Assembly: GCA_951406725.2 (NCBI GenBank)
Contig: OX597839.1
Location: 24,304,001 to 24,368,000 of the forward strand
Length of the DNA: 64,000 bases
Reading direction: 5' to 3'
Source: Octopus vulgaris
Taxonomy: Eukaryota
A program made the position numbers and the translations under genes. The notes under the pieces were generated by a model. The model was given only the letters and a program-made list of their open reading frames with translations. It made no database searches and had not been told where the DNA came from. Positions 40,938 through 53,506 of this stretch are shown here, piece after piece (within the stretch, counting starts at the first letter, position 1; the number at the start of each line of letters is the position of its first letter).

Positions 40938-41773
40938 ACACATTTACACACATACACAGACACAACATCCATATGTTTACACACACACAACACATTTACA
41001 CACATACATAGACACAACATACACACACACAAATATCTAGACGAAATTATATGTATAAACACAAACTGATACACATAAATACACACATACTAATAATACA
41101 TCACACACACACACACACACACAACAACATAAACCTATACACACACACACCCCCACCCATACCATTCTCCAATCAGTCTTCTGCTTCCCCACCACCATCC
41201 ATCGCTACCCTTCCCCCCCCCACCCCCACACCACATTACCAATGTGGTTTTCATTTCTTCTTATATTCTCCTCCAATTAAGGGTGTATTAACTAGAAAAA
41301 CTCTTTCCTCTCTCGTCCAATCGTCGTCGTTGCTTTACCTTGTGGTGCCAAACTCATGTTTGCCACTTGTCTCCTCCTCATTAGACGACCCAGACAGCTT
41401 TTTAATACCTCTGTGATTCTCATCAAAACTACCTTACATCTCTTAATGGATGGCACAATGTCTCCACTTACGACAAACACACGAATATACAAACAGTATC
41501 AATATCTCCACCTTATGTCACCACACAGGAGAAACTAGATGCAATGCATATATATATATATTATATTATATTATATTAGCTGCAGGAGTGGCTGTGTGGT
41601 AAGTAGCTTGCTTACCAACCACATGGTTCCCGGTTCAGTCCTACTGCACAGCAGTGGACGGAACTGAAAGAAGCCTGTCGTATGTGTGTGTATGTATATA
41701 TATATATATATAAGATAACAATACAACAAAAAAAAGAAAGGCTTAAATGAAAAGGGGTCAAGAGTGTACTTAC

Positions 41774-41844
41774 AATCCTAAAATTCTGAATGGTACATAT
41801 ATAATGTGGCTGGTCGGCACGGCAACTGTCCACATAGACACAAT
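41774..41844 (-). CDS. RERE: Internal coding exon (71 nt, phase 1 to phase 0), N-terminal part of a BAH domain of a RERE/atrophin-like corepressor
   Basis: The minus strand reads ttttgtttgtttttccag|AT TGT GTC TAT GTG GAC AGT TGC CGT GCC GAC CAG CCA CAT TAT ATA TGT ACC ATT CAG AAT TTT AGG ATT|gtaagt, with a strong acceptor and donor. The peptide (D)CVYVDSCRADQPHYICTIQNFRI aligns without gaps to the vertebrate RERE BAH segment as I recall it ([24 protein letters not shown]). One exon cannot exclude another BAH_MTA-family paralogue. Confidence 0.82.
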
Positions 41845-42765
41845 CTGGAAAAACAAACAAAAAGGGAATAAGTGAAATTAAAGGGAAATAAATAACAGAA
41901 AGAAAAAAACAATAATAATGGTTTCAAATTTTGGCACAAAGCCGGCAATTTTTCAGGTGGAGTTGGGGTATAATCTTTTCTACTATAGGCACAAGGCCTG
42001 AAATTTGGGGAAGGGGGGGTAGTCGATTACATTGACCCCTGTACTTTTGATAGATTGATAGATTGCAAAAAAAATAAAAATAAAGGTTGGAATGCCTGAA
42101 ACAGATGAAACAAAAATAAAGGCACAGGAAACCAAACAAAAGGTATGGAAGCAATTTCCCCAAGAGGGGGATCAGCCATCTAGGGGTCAGTTAGGGAACC
42201 TTAAAAGCCAAAGATTATTCTAAGAAGGCAAAGATCATTTTCCAAATTGTGCCCTCTGGGCTTGTTCATAATAGGGCCCATTCACTTGGGCCATGCTTGC
42301 CCCTCTCACTCCCTTTTAGCAAATACACTAATAAAGCACCTACCTCTTCACCCTCAAGTGCAACTTGAACAAGTTGCACTTTAGGGCTTCACCTCAAGGC
42401 TTTAGTCGTCCTGAGACTATAATAGAAGACACTTGCCCAAGGTGCCGTGCAAAGGGACTGAACCTGGAACCATGTGGTTGGGAAACAAGCTTCGTACCAC
42501 ACAGCCACACCTGGGCCTCCATCCATCAAGCCAGCTTATTTGCCTATTATTCTTGGAAGTGTTGCGGGGATAAAGTCCTTAAGCACTCCCTCCACAGCAT
42601 CCTATTAGGGGCAACTATCATTACTCATAACCCTCTTCTGGGACCAACAGAAACAACGGGGATCATCCAACCAGTTTTGGTCTCCCCCAACATCTCCTGC
42701 TGGATAAGCTTGGCTTCAAGAATCCATCTTGCAATTCTTTCCTAACTGTACGTTCATAGCAGGAG

Positions 42766-43160
42766 GCGCAGGAGTGGCTGTGCGGTAAGTAGCTTGCTTA
42801 CCAACCACATGGCTCCGGGTTCAGTCCCACTGCGCAGCACCTTGGGCAAGTGTCTTCTACTATAGCTTCAGGCCGACCAAAGCCTTGTGAGTGGATTTGG
42901 TAGACGGAAACTGAAAGAAGCCCGTCGTATATATGTATGTGTGTGTGTTTGTGTGTCTGTGTTTGTCCCCCTAGCATTGCTTGACAACCGATGCTGGTGT
43001 GTTTATGTCCCCGTTACGTAGCGGTTCGGCAACAGAGACCGATAGAATAAGTACTGGGCTTACAAAAGAATAAGTCCCAGGGTCAAGTTGCTCGATTAAA
43101 GGCGGTGCTCCAGCATGGCCGCAGTCAAATGACTGAAACAAGTAAAAGAGTAAGAGAGAG
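42766..43160 (+). mobile_element. SINE family A, full length
   Basis: Runs from GCGCAGGAGTGGCTGTGCGG to GACTGAAACAAGTAAAAGAGTAAGAG. Confidence 0.9.
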
Positions 43161-43311
43161 TATTAGGGCTGTGGCCCCTCAAAACAGAGGAGCAGCAGCG
43201 GCAGCTTCACGTGGAGAAGCATCCTGATTTCAGAGCTGCATGTACTATCCGTGTTTCATTTCCCAGGAGATCCATCAGATGAACAACATTTCAGTCCCTT
43301 GGACTTGCTAT

Positions 43312-43800
43312 CAGGGCTGCGGAGTTGAAACAAACATTTTCGACTCCTCTACATTTGGCACCTCCGACCCTGACTCCTCTTTATGTAATCAAGTGATTGT
43401 GGTCTGCATATCTCAGAAGACATATGCATACGCTTGTACTTTGAGTAGGCCTCTATGTTATAACCGGTTTATATTAAAGAATAAAAGTATTGGAAGTCGG
43501 AGCCAGTATCATCATCATCATCATCATCATCATCGTTTAACGTCCGTTCTCCATGCTAGCATGGGTTGGACGGTTCGACCGGGGATCTGGGAAGCCAGAA
43601 GGCTGCACCAGGCTCCAGTCTTATCTGGCAATGTTTCTACAGCTGGATGCCCTTCCTAACGCCAACCACTCCGTGAGTGTAGTGGGTGCTTTTTACGTGC
43701 CACCTGCACAGGTGCCAGGCGAGGCTGGCAACGGCTATAGTTTTACCAATTCTGACTCCAGCTACCCTTAATTGTTTCCGACTCCGAATCCACAGCCCTG
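43312..43800. mobile_element. hAT-like MITE with GACTCC subterminal repeats, interrupted by a family B insertion
   Basis: Termini CAGGGCTGCGGAGT / AATCCACAGCCCTG and repeated CCGACTCC-like motifs. Confidence 0.65.
43508..43740 (-). mobile_element. Short retroposon family B with an (ATG)n tail
   Basis: Begins on + with (CAT)n and contains CTGGATGCCCTTCCTAACGCCAACCACTCC. About 12 copies (e.g. 8507, 9340-9560, 15680, 17915, 28260-28435, 37093, 50583, 58553, 60193, 62418). Confidence 0.8.
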
Positions 43801-44786
43801 CCTGCAACTGTACTCTCCCATGCATTATCTAACATCCATGACCACCAGACAGATGAAAAATGCCAGCCCTTCTGGCCATAGGAAGATTAGATGGGGGGAG
43901 GTGGTCCTCCCAATCGATTCAAGCAACAGCTGGATCTGTTCTGCGCACGGCAACAGCTGAATGACATTAAGTCTGTAAGTCCACAATGAACAAATACTGA
44001 ACAGAGTAAGACGGACAGGTCTTCTCTTATCTGCAGATATTTTGTACAAGTCCAGCTGATAACACCACCATGTCTGTAGTTAATAGCTTCTTACAATTGT
44101 GCACAATCAATGACCGGTACCTATCTTAACTACACAGGTGTGTATGCATGTATATTTGTGTGTATATATATATATATATATATATGTGTAGAAGCTTGCT
44201 TTCCAGCCATGTGATCTGAGGTTTAGTGTCAATGCACAGCATACCTTGGGCAGGTAAACTGCCCTCTACAATGGCCCTGGGGCAACCGAAGCTTTGACAG
44301 CGGATTTAGTAGACAGAAACTGAAAGCGCTGGTGCCGGTGCCATGTAAAAAGCACCCTGTACACTCTGTTGCAAAGTGGTTGGCACTAAGAAGGGTATGA
44401 AGCCATAGAAACCATGCAAGAACAAAGAAAGGAACCTGATACAACTCTCCAGCTTTCCAACTCCTGTCGAACCAACCAATCCATGCCAGCATAGAAAATG
44501 GACTGACGGTGGTGTGTGTGTGTGTGTGTGTGTGTGTATACCCTTGTCTATATGTAACATGATTATAAACAAGAATTACCACCATATAAGTGAGGTTGAT
44601 CATTCCCAGTATTGTGAAAAACATGCCCAGATTAATGGAAAGATATTGCCTTGCTTGGAAAGACACAAGGGCTGCCAAGAGGAGAGGCACAGAGCCAAAG
44701 AAAATCTGACCAATGCAAGCATGGGAAGTGGACATTGAATGAAACGGGGATGTTAAGATAGACATACACATAGGTTTTTATTTATT

Positions 44787-45120
44787 TTACTTGTTTCAGT
44801 CATTTGACTGAGGCCATGCTGGAGCATCACCTTTAGGCAAACAAATCGATCCCAGAACTTATCCCTTGTAAACCTGGTGCTTATTCTATCAGTCTCTTTT
44901 GCCGAACCACAAAGTTACAGAGACATAAACACACCAACATCAGTTGTCAAGCAATGGTGGGAGGACAATCACGGACACAAACACACATACACACACACAC
45001 CACGGGCTTCTTTCAGTTTCCGTCTACTAAATCCACTCACAAGGTTTTGGTCAGCCTGAGGCAGAAGCAGACACCTGCCCAATATGCCATGCAGTAGGAC
45101 TGAACCCAGAACCATGTGGG
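44787..45120 (-). mobile_element. SINE family A, 5'-truncated
   Basis: Reverse-oriented tail, body and B-box. Confidence 0.8.
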
Positions 45121-45589
45121 CATAGCGAGAGTAAAAACCTGCTGTTAGAACTCAATATATTTACGCTTGAGAATAAAGAATCCAAGACATAGCATGGTAT
45201 GAAAGTAACACATTAAATGGCCACGTGTACCACCAGCGGTTCATTGCCAACTTCACGCAACTACCACATGCACTACCAGTGGTTCATTTTTATAATTCAA
45301 GAAAATATTCTGTTCGGTATCTTTGACATAGTTGAGGATATTTAAATAACACAAGTGCTAAATATTGAAGTTTAATAATGAAATATTGCAAAAATGAAAA
45401 GAAAAAAATTACACTTCTTTGTAATTAATTTGCAGATTTTGTTTCACTTGTTAGAAATAGCAGCCAAATCTTAAACAAATTGAAGACACATTTGACTAAC
45501 TGTCTTTAACCCTTTTGTTACCATATTCCTGTTGAGATGCTCTGTGTTTCTTTCAATTAATTTTAAATATAACAAAGAATTTAGTAAAA

Positions 45590-45879
45590 CTACTCCCACT
45601 TAGTTATCAGTTTAACCAAAACCGGGTATCCTATAGTGTGATTCAAATCGAGCCCTTCTGGGTATTTGGCCTAGATGATTCTACATTTAAAAAAAATTTA
45701 CCATCATTTTTTTCCAAATGCATTTTTCGCTATTATCTAAGGAAGTAACTTTCTACAAAATGTCTACATGAGTGACATTCTAAAAATAATCAATCACATC
45801 ACTGAAACTCTCAAATGCTATGAGATAATGCATGATTAATTCCTTACAAACAATTTGCAACGCCGGGCGATACTGCTAG
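45590..45879 (+). mobile_element. Partial, mosaic copy of the same Helitron inside a TTAA-MITE
   Basis: Shares AACCGGGTATC...GAGCCCTTCTGGGTATT and the 3' end GCAACGCCGGGCGATACTGCTAG with 54141-54525. Confidence 0.6.
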
Positions 45880-46325
45880 TTTTAAATATAACAAAGAATT
45901 TAGTAAAATAACTTAGTTATCATTGAAGCTAGTTTTAGGAACATAAATTGTGACTAAGGTTTGGTGGAAGATTTTAATTCAGAACATTTGTATTACAAAA
46001 GCCAGAGGCAGTTTCAGCTGGGTTGGTATCAGAAAGGGTTTAACAGTATGCAGTGCGACCCCATGAAATACATGGTGGTACCGGTAAGTTCTGGTAACAG
46101 GCCATAACAGTTAACATGTTAAATGACAAGGGAATAATAAGTTATGCAAGGAACTTCATTAGCTCCTTGTTCTTGCTATAGGACACAATGCACTCAGAGC
46201 CAAGGACACAAGAATAGGACAAACAAGCACTCAGCTCTGAGCACATTACTTCTTATAGTGGAAACAGCTGTAAGCTAATGAAGTTGATGAGATAATTCCT
46301 ATACCTTTGTCATTTACATAACTTT

Positions 46326-46363
<38 letters not shown>

Positions 46364-46490
46364 TATATATACACACACATATATATATACACACATACAT
46401 ATATATATACACACATACATATATACACACATACATATATATATACACACATACATATATACACACATACATATATATATACACACATAC

Positions 46491-46522
<32 letters not shown>

Positions 46523-46526
46523 GTAC

Positions 46527-46557
<31 letters not shown>

Positions 46558-46709
46558 CATACACACACATATATATATACATACACACACACACATATAT
46601 ATATATACATACACACACACACACACATATATATACATACACACACACACACATATATATATACATACACACACACATATATACACACCACACACACATA
46701 TATACACAC

Positions 46710-46741
<32 letters not shown>

Positions 46742-47028
46742 AACAAACTAAATCTCCATTAGAAGGAGGGGGGGTCCTGGTTTAATCCATTTTACTGCAG
46801 GCCCTTCCCCCTCCATTATCTGTCCCCTGCCACTATATACCAATCAACCACATACACAAGTATCTAAACATATAATCAAACAATGAAATAAAGCAGATAA
46901 TCTCAGATAAGCAGATAATCTCAGACAGATTAATTGACAATAAATTACAGTAAAACTTTAAAACTGTGTGTGTGAGTCTATGCGTGTATGTGTGTGTGCA
47001 TGTTCATTATTTATCTGTGTGTTAGTGA

Positions 47029-47087
<59 letters not shown>

Positions 47088-47901
47088 GTGTGTGTGTGTG
47101 TGTGGTTCTACAGATGGTTTTTTTATAAATAAACCTGGCGCTGTATTGTATAATGGATATGAAAATTGTCCAAGTAACATGTGTCTGCTGGACACAAATC
47201 TCACTACCATTTCTATCGCCGCCAACATTGTTACCAGCATCACAAACAACCAGGAACTACCATTATCATCACCACTACCATCTACCATCACTACCAAAAA
47301 CCATCATTACTATCACCACCACCCCCGCCGACACCATCATGAACCATCATCACTACCATCACGCACCAACCACCAACCAGCAATACCACCACCATAAGCG
47401 CAACACCATTTCTTTCCTTTCCCTCCCTGGACGTCCTACATCCGTTGACCCGAACTGACCCACCCTCCACAGGTTGGATGGAACACATGAAGTCAAACAT
47501 TATTGGAAAGGAAAATAAAACTATTAGTAATGATAACCAGAGTGGTGGTGGAGGGAAGGACGCCCGGACATTTCACAAACACCCCACCACCATCACCACC
47601 ATCAACTCACTCTCTCCCCCATTCTCTCTCTATTTTGCTATCAGATTTGAAATGGATAAAATAAACAGCTTTTTTGTAGAGTTATTGGATAGGCTCAGAA
47701 TTGTGTCGGCAACGATTGTTACAGGACACTCATATACATACACACCTACACACACATATATACATACACACACACACATATATATACACACACACACACA
47801 CATATATATATACACACACACACATATATATACACATACACACACATATATATATACATACACACACACACATATATATATATACACACACACACATATA
47901 T

Positions 47902-47934
<33 letters not shown>

Positions 47935-48082
47935 CACACACATATATATACACACACACATATATATACACACACACATATATATATATATACACACATA
48001 TATATATATATATACTTTATTTAAAAGCAGCAGAAATTCAACAAATGTGTATATATATATACACACACACATTGTAACTTAC

Positions 48083-48133
48083 ACCACCGACCCAATGTCG
48101 ATGGCCAGCAGACGTGGCCGGAGTTCCATGCAG
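48083..48133 (-). other. Candidate 51-nt cassette exon in the intron upstream of the BAH exon
   Basis: Minus strand: atatttcttctgtccag|CTGCATGG...GGTCGGTGGT|gtaagt. The length is divisible by 3, all three frames are open, and GC is 32/51 in AT-rich surroundings. No homology recognised. Confidence 0.4.
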
Positions 48134-48849
48134 CTGGACAGAAGAAATATGGTAATTTTAACAGACATCTTTTAATAAAAATCTGCTCTAATACGGCAGC
48201 GACAACAGCACGGGCGATAATTTGAGAAACGCTAACAGAACGGGATATGTCCAAGGTGGACATGTGTGGGGGGTGAGGGTAATGTGATGTTGTGGGTGGG
48301 TGTGAGATGTATGCCAACACCAAAACCCGGACATGATGAATTTGGAGATCTGTGGCTGTCTGTAAGTGTCGGGAACGATAATAATGAATTGCAGAGATAA
48401 TAATGATGACGGGGGGCGGGGGGATCTATTTACACAGATAATGACGATGATGATGTATTACAATAGATAATGATGATGGTGTTGGTGATGATGATGATGA
48501 TGGTCTCTTATCAACGTGTCGTGTCGTTAATGTTAATTCGTTGAAGTGAACAAGAGAGACGAAGTGGTGGCTGATGTGATTGAGGTTGTAGGTTTAGTCA
48601 TACAAATTGCTTTTCTAGATTAGAGAGAGGGGGAGGAGAGAGAGAAGGAAGAGATGGGAAAATGAAAAGGAGTTTAAAGAGAGTGAGAGAGAACAAAGGA
48701 GGGAGGAGAGAGAGAGAGGGAGAGAGAGAGGGAGAGTCAAGCAGATGGCCAATTCTATAAATTACCAGACAACTGACAAAAGTATGATGATTCTAATCCT
48801 ACCATGACCACCGCCACTGAATCACACCTGTAACCAAAACGACCTAGGT

Positions 48850-48868
48850 TTCCACTAGATGGCAGCAC
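48850..48868 (+). promoter_or_regulatory. CTCF-type binding motif
   Basis: TTCCACTAGATGGCAGCAC closely matches the CTCF core (CCAC[CT]AG[AG][TG]GGC[AG]) and lies in non-repetitive sequence. Confidence 0.55.
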
Positions 48869-50013
48869 AAAGCACTAGACCAGTGATTCTTAATCCTTTT
48901 CCCTTCATCTCTCCTTTTAATTGTTTGTTCTGGCCGGCACCCACAGGAGTGGCAAGTGAGGGATCATGGCCTCAACTAACTTAACATGGATCATCTTCAA
49001 TAATAATACTCGTGTTTTTCTCCGTCACAAACATACGAATGAGAAAGGAAGGGGGTGATAGATGAATAAGGAAGGAAAGGGGTGATGGCAAACCGGTTAT
49101 GGGAGCATTTCAACTCTGTGTAAGTATGTATGTGTGTGTGTGCATGTGTGTGTGCGTGTTCAATGGAAGTGGGATGAAAAGGAAAATCAAACAGCGTTTC
49201 AACTCTGTGTAAGTATGTCTGTGTGTGTGTGTGTGTGTGTGCGTGTGTTCAATGGAAGTGGGATGGTGAACACACAATACTGAAAAGGAAAATCAAACAG
49301 CGTTTCAACTCTGTGTGAGTATGTGTGTGTGTACAAAGGAAGTATGTGAATGTATGTGTGTGTGTACAAAGGAAGTATGTGAATGTATGTGTGAGCCAGC
49401 ATTCTTTCAGTAACAAACGATGATGGATGTCACATCTGAAAAGACAACCAACCACTTAGATAACACTGACAAGTGTATTAATTCGATGGTGCTTTTTACG
49501 TGCCACTCACTGGCACATGAAAACCAAAATAGGAATTTTGAAGGAAGGTTCTATAAAACTAGTTTTTAAACAACAAATGGCTTAAAGGGGTCCACCAGAA
49601 TAAAACAGTTATCAAAAGGGATCCATGGATACAAAACGGTTGAGAAGCCCTAATTTAACATGTGTTCCATGTAGCCATGGGCGGGACAGTTTGATAGGGT
49701 CTGGTGTATTCAAACACTACTTCATGTTCCAGTGTCTTCTTTGGCATGTAATCTAAATGCAAAAAGGTGAAACAAAGTTTCTATTTTGGATCTTCTATCT
49801 TTTACTTATCATACTCATTAGATTGCAGCCATGCTGGAGCACTGCCTTTAGTCAAGCAAATCGAGCCCAGGACTTATTCTATCGGTCTCTTTTGTCGAAC
49901 CGCCAAGTTACGAGGACAAAAATGCACAAGGATTGGTTGTCAAGCAATGTTGGTGGTGGTGGTGGGGGATAAACACACACACACACACTCACAAACACAC
50001 ACACACACACACA

Positions 50014-50056
<43 letters not shown>

Positions 50057-50582
50057 CGAGCTTCTTTCAGTTTCTGTCTACCAAATCCACTCACAAGGCT
50101 TTGGTCGGCCTCAGACTATAGTACAAGACACTTGCCCAAGGTACCATGTTGTGGGACTGAACCCGGAACCATGTAGTTAGTAAGCAAGCTACATACCACA
50201 CAGCCTAACATTGTAGGGTAGATGTGAGAGGCTGGATCTGGCCAGTTTGAACATAAAACAAGAATATTTTGCCCAGATACAGCCTGTTTAAATGCTAACA
50301 GGTTACAGCCTTGTACTTATTCCATCAGTCTCTTTTGCCGAACCACAAAGTTACAAGGATGTAATCAAACCAACACTGGTTGTCAAGTGGTGGCAGAGTA
50401 CAAAAACAGACGAAGACACACACACATGATGGGCTTCTTTCAGTTTCTGTCTACCAAATCCACTCACAAGGCTTTGAATGGCCAGAACCATAGTAGAACA
50501 CACTTGCCCAAGATGTCATGCAGTGGAACTGAACCCAGAACCATGTGGTTGAGAAGCAACCTTCTAACCACACAGTCTAACC

Positions 50583-50905
50583 ACCAGGCCCAGTCTGATC
50601 TAGCAATGTTTCTACGGCTGGATGCCCTTCCTAACGCCAACCACTCCATGAGTGTAGTGGGTGCTTTTTACGTGCCACCGGCACAGGAGCCAGACAAGGC
50701 TGGCGAACGGCCACGATCAGATGGTGCTTTTTACGTGCCACAATCGGATGGTGCTTTTTACATGCCACCGGCACGGAGGCCAGGCGAGGCTGGCAACGGC
50801 CATGATCGGATGGTGCCTTTTACGTGCCACCGGCATGGAAGCCAGTCAGGGCCACGTTCAGATGGTTCTCTTATGTGCCACCGGCACTGGTATCACAGCT
50901 ACAAT
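50583..50905 (-). mobile_element. Family B copy with an expanded internal tandem array
   Basis: About five repeats of the GGTGCTTTTTACGTGCCACCGGCAC unit. Confidence 0.75.
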
Positions 50906-50917
50906 TTCCACACACAC

Positions 50918-50952
<35 letters not shown>

Positions 50953-52397
50953 ATGGGCATCTTTCAGTTTCCATTCATCAAGTCCACTCACAAAGCTTTG
51001 GTCAGCCTGCGGCTAAGGTACGACACAGTGGTACTGAACCCAGAACCATGCACGTGGGGGGAAGCAAGCTTCTTACCATGCAGCCAAGCCTGCACCTATG
51101 TGCAAATCCCCGCAACCTTTGGCTGCTCCCCCCTTCACTACATTCAAAAAGAATTTTAAACATAAAATATACAAAAGAGGGGGTGGGGAAAGGGCATGGG
51201 GAGGGGGTAATCATACATGTGACGGCATGCATGGATCTGTAGAATTTCTTAAACACGTAAATTATGAGACAATAATTCAGTTATTACATCGAAAATGGGG
51301 AGAAAAGAACGAAATAAAGTAAAAAAAAAAAAAAAAAAAAGCTACACGGAAATAGTAATTAAGTGCAACAAAAGTCAAAGATAATTATGAAATTAAATGA
51401 GAACTATTCTGATTTTTAAAACTATTTGTAGTCATTAAGGAAGTTTAATCAATGAGACTTAATTGAATAATACAATGGTGATGATGATGATAGTGATGAT
51501 ATGGAATGATCCATCAATGGAAGCTACAGGATGTGTATGGGAGACAAAGCTCATGTGGCACCATAGTGTAAACCATGGATGTTATACACACACACATGTG
51601 TGGGTGTATATATATATATATATATATACACATACATGAAAACATGTACATGTATATATAAATATATATAGACATACACACATACATCTACATATGTATA
51701 CACACATATGTATATACACACACATACATGAAAACATGTACATGTATATATAAATATATATAGACATACACACATACATGCACATATGTATACACACACA
51801 TGTATATAAACATATAGATGTATCTAGATACTCACGTATAGACACACAAACACACACATGCACGGTGGTGTGTGTGTGTGTGTGTAAAAACCTAAAACAA
51901 TTATCGAATTAATTTCCTCATACAACAGTGCTTGCTCGTTAAATACAAAAGCTTGCAAAAGATGTCAGCGGATCATAATGAAGAGCTTGAGTGTGACAAC
52001 GGTTAATGAATACAGCACGTAGGGAGGGGAGAGGGGGAGGGCAGGGGGGAGCCGAAGCGCGGGGGGGGGGGTTGATGACGGTGGGGGCAGCAGTGACACT
52101 AAGTGAACTATTTACTAACTGACACATGTCCACAACCACCAGTGATGATGATTATGATGATGATGATGATGATGAAATGGTAGTAGAGAGAGGAGGATCA
52201 TTTTAATAATAATAATAATAATCTTTTCTACTCTAGGCACAAGGCCCGAAATTTTTGGGGGAGGGGAGCAGTCGATTAGATCGACCCCAGTACGCAACTG
52301 GTACTTAATTTATCAACCCCCCGAGAGGATGAAAGGCGAAGTCGACCTCGGCAGAATTTGATCTCAGAACATAAAGACAGACAAAATACCACTAAAC

Positions 52398-52398
52398 C

Positions 52399-52451
<53 letters not shown>

Positions 52452-52559
52452 GTAATAATAATAATGATAATAATGATAATAATAATAGTAATAATAATAA
52501 TAATAATAGTAATAATAATAGTAATAATAATAATAGTAATAATAGTAATAATAATGATA

Positions 52560-52591
<32 letters not shown>

Positions 52592-52854
52592 GTAATAATA
52601 ATAGTAATAATAATAGTAATAATAATAGTAATAATAATAATGATAATAATAATAGTAATAATAATAGTAATAATAATAATAGTAATAATAATAATAATAA
52701 TAGTAATAATAATAGTAATAATAATAATAGTAATAATAGTAATAATAATGATAATATAATAATAATAATAGTAATAATAATAGTAATAATAATAGTAATA
52801 ATAATAATGATAATAATAATAGTAATAATAATAATAATAATAATGATAATAATA

Positions 52855-52894
<40 letters not shown>

Positions 52895-52943
52895 TAATAA
52901 TAATAATAATAGTAATAATAATAATAATGATAATAATAACAAT
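52398..52943. repeat. (AAT)n microsatellite with AGT/GAT interruptions
   Basis: Directly visible. Confidence 0.95.
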
Positions 52944-53506
52944 AGGATTGACACAAGGCCAGTAATTTTGGGGTAGAGAGTAAGTTGACTACATCGACCC
53001 CCAGTGTCCAACTGGTACATATTTTATCGACCCCCGAAAGGATGAAAGGCAAAGTCAACCTTGGTAGAATTTGAGCTCAGAACGGACGGACGGACAGATG
53101 AAATGCCACTCTTAGTAACAATAGGATTATGATGATGATGATGATGGTTCGGGCTATTTAATATGTAACTAGTTTATCAAGCAAATGAGAAATTAGCATC
53201 CCCCGAACCCCACCCCCCACTTCCAACCCACACAGAATCAATAAAAGAAGCCATTACAAAGTTGACTGAAGAACAACAGGAAGAACAATAATGAGATGAT
53301 ATAGTTTTATTACTGCCAACAGAATAACTATGAACAATAACCGACACAATAGGCTGGCTGGTTATCTCGTTAGTCACCAAACATAACAACAACAATGATG
53401 ACAACAACAACGACAACAACAACAATAGCCAGTATCCGGAAATTTGTAAAAATGGTTCGACTGCAACAAGGATCTGTACTTCACCCACGCTTTTTTTTTT
53501 TAACTC

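Noticed and set aside
41339-41470. Minus-strand donor AAG|gtaaag about 430 nt downstream of the BAH exon as a cassette exon
   Set aside because: The phase-0 frame needed to continue the BAH domain contains a TGA, and the acceptors are weak.
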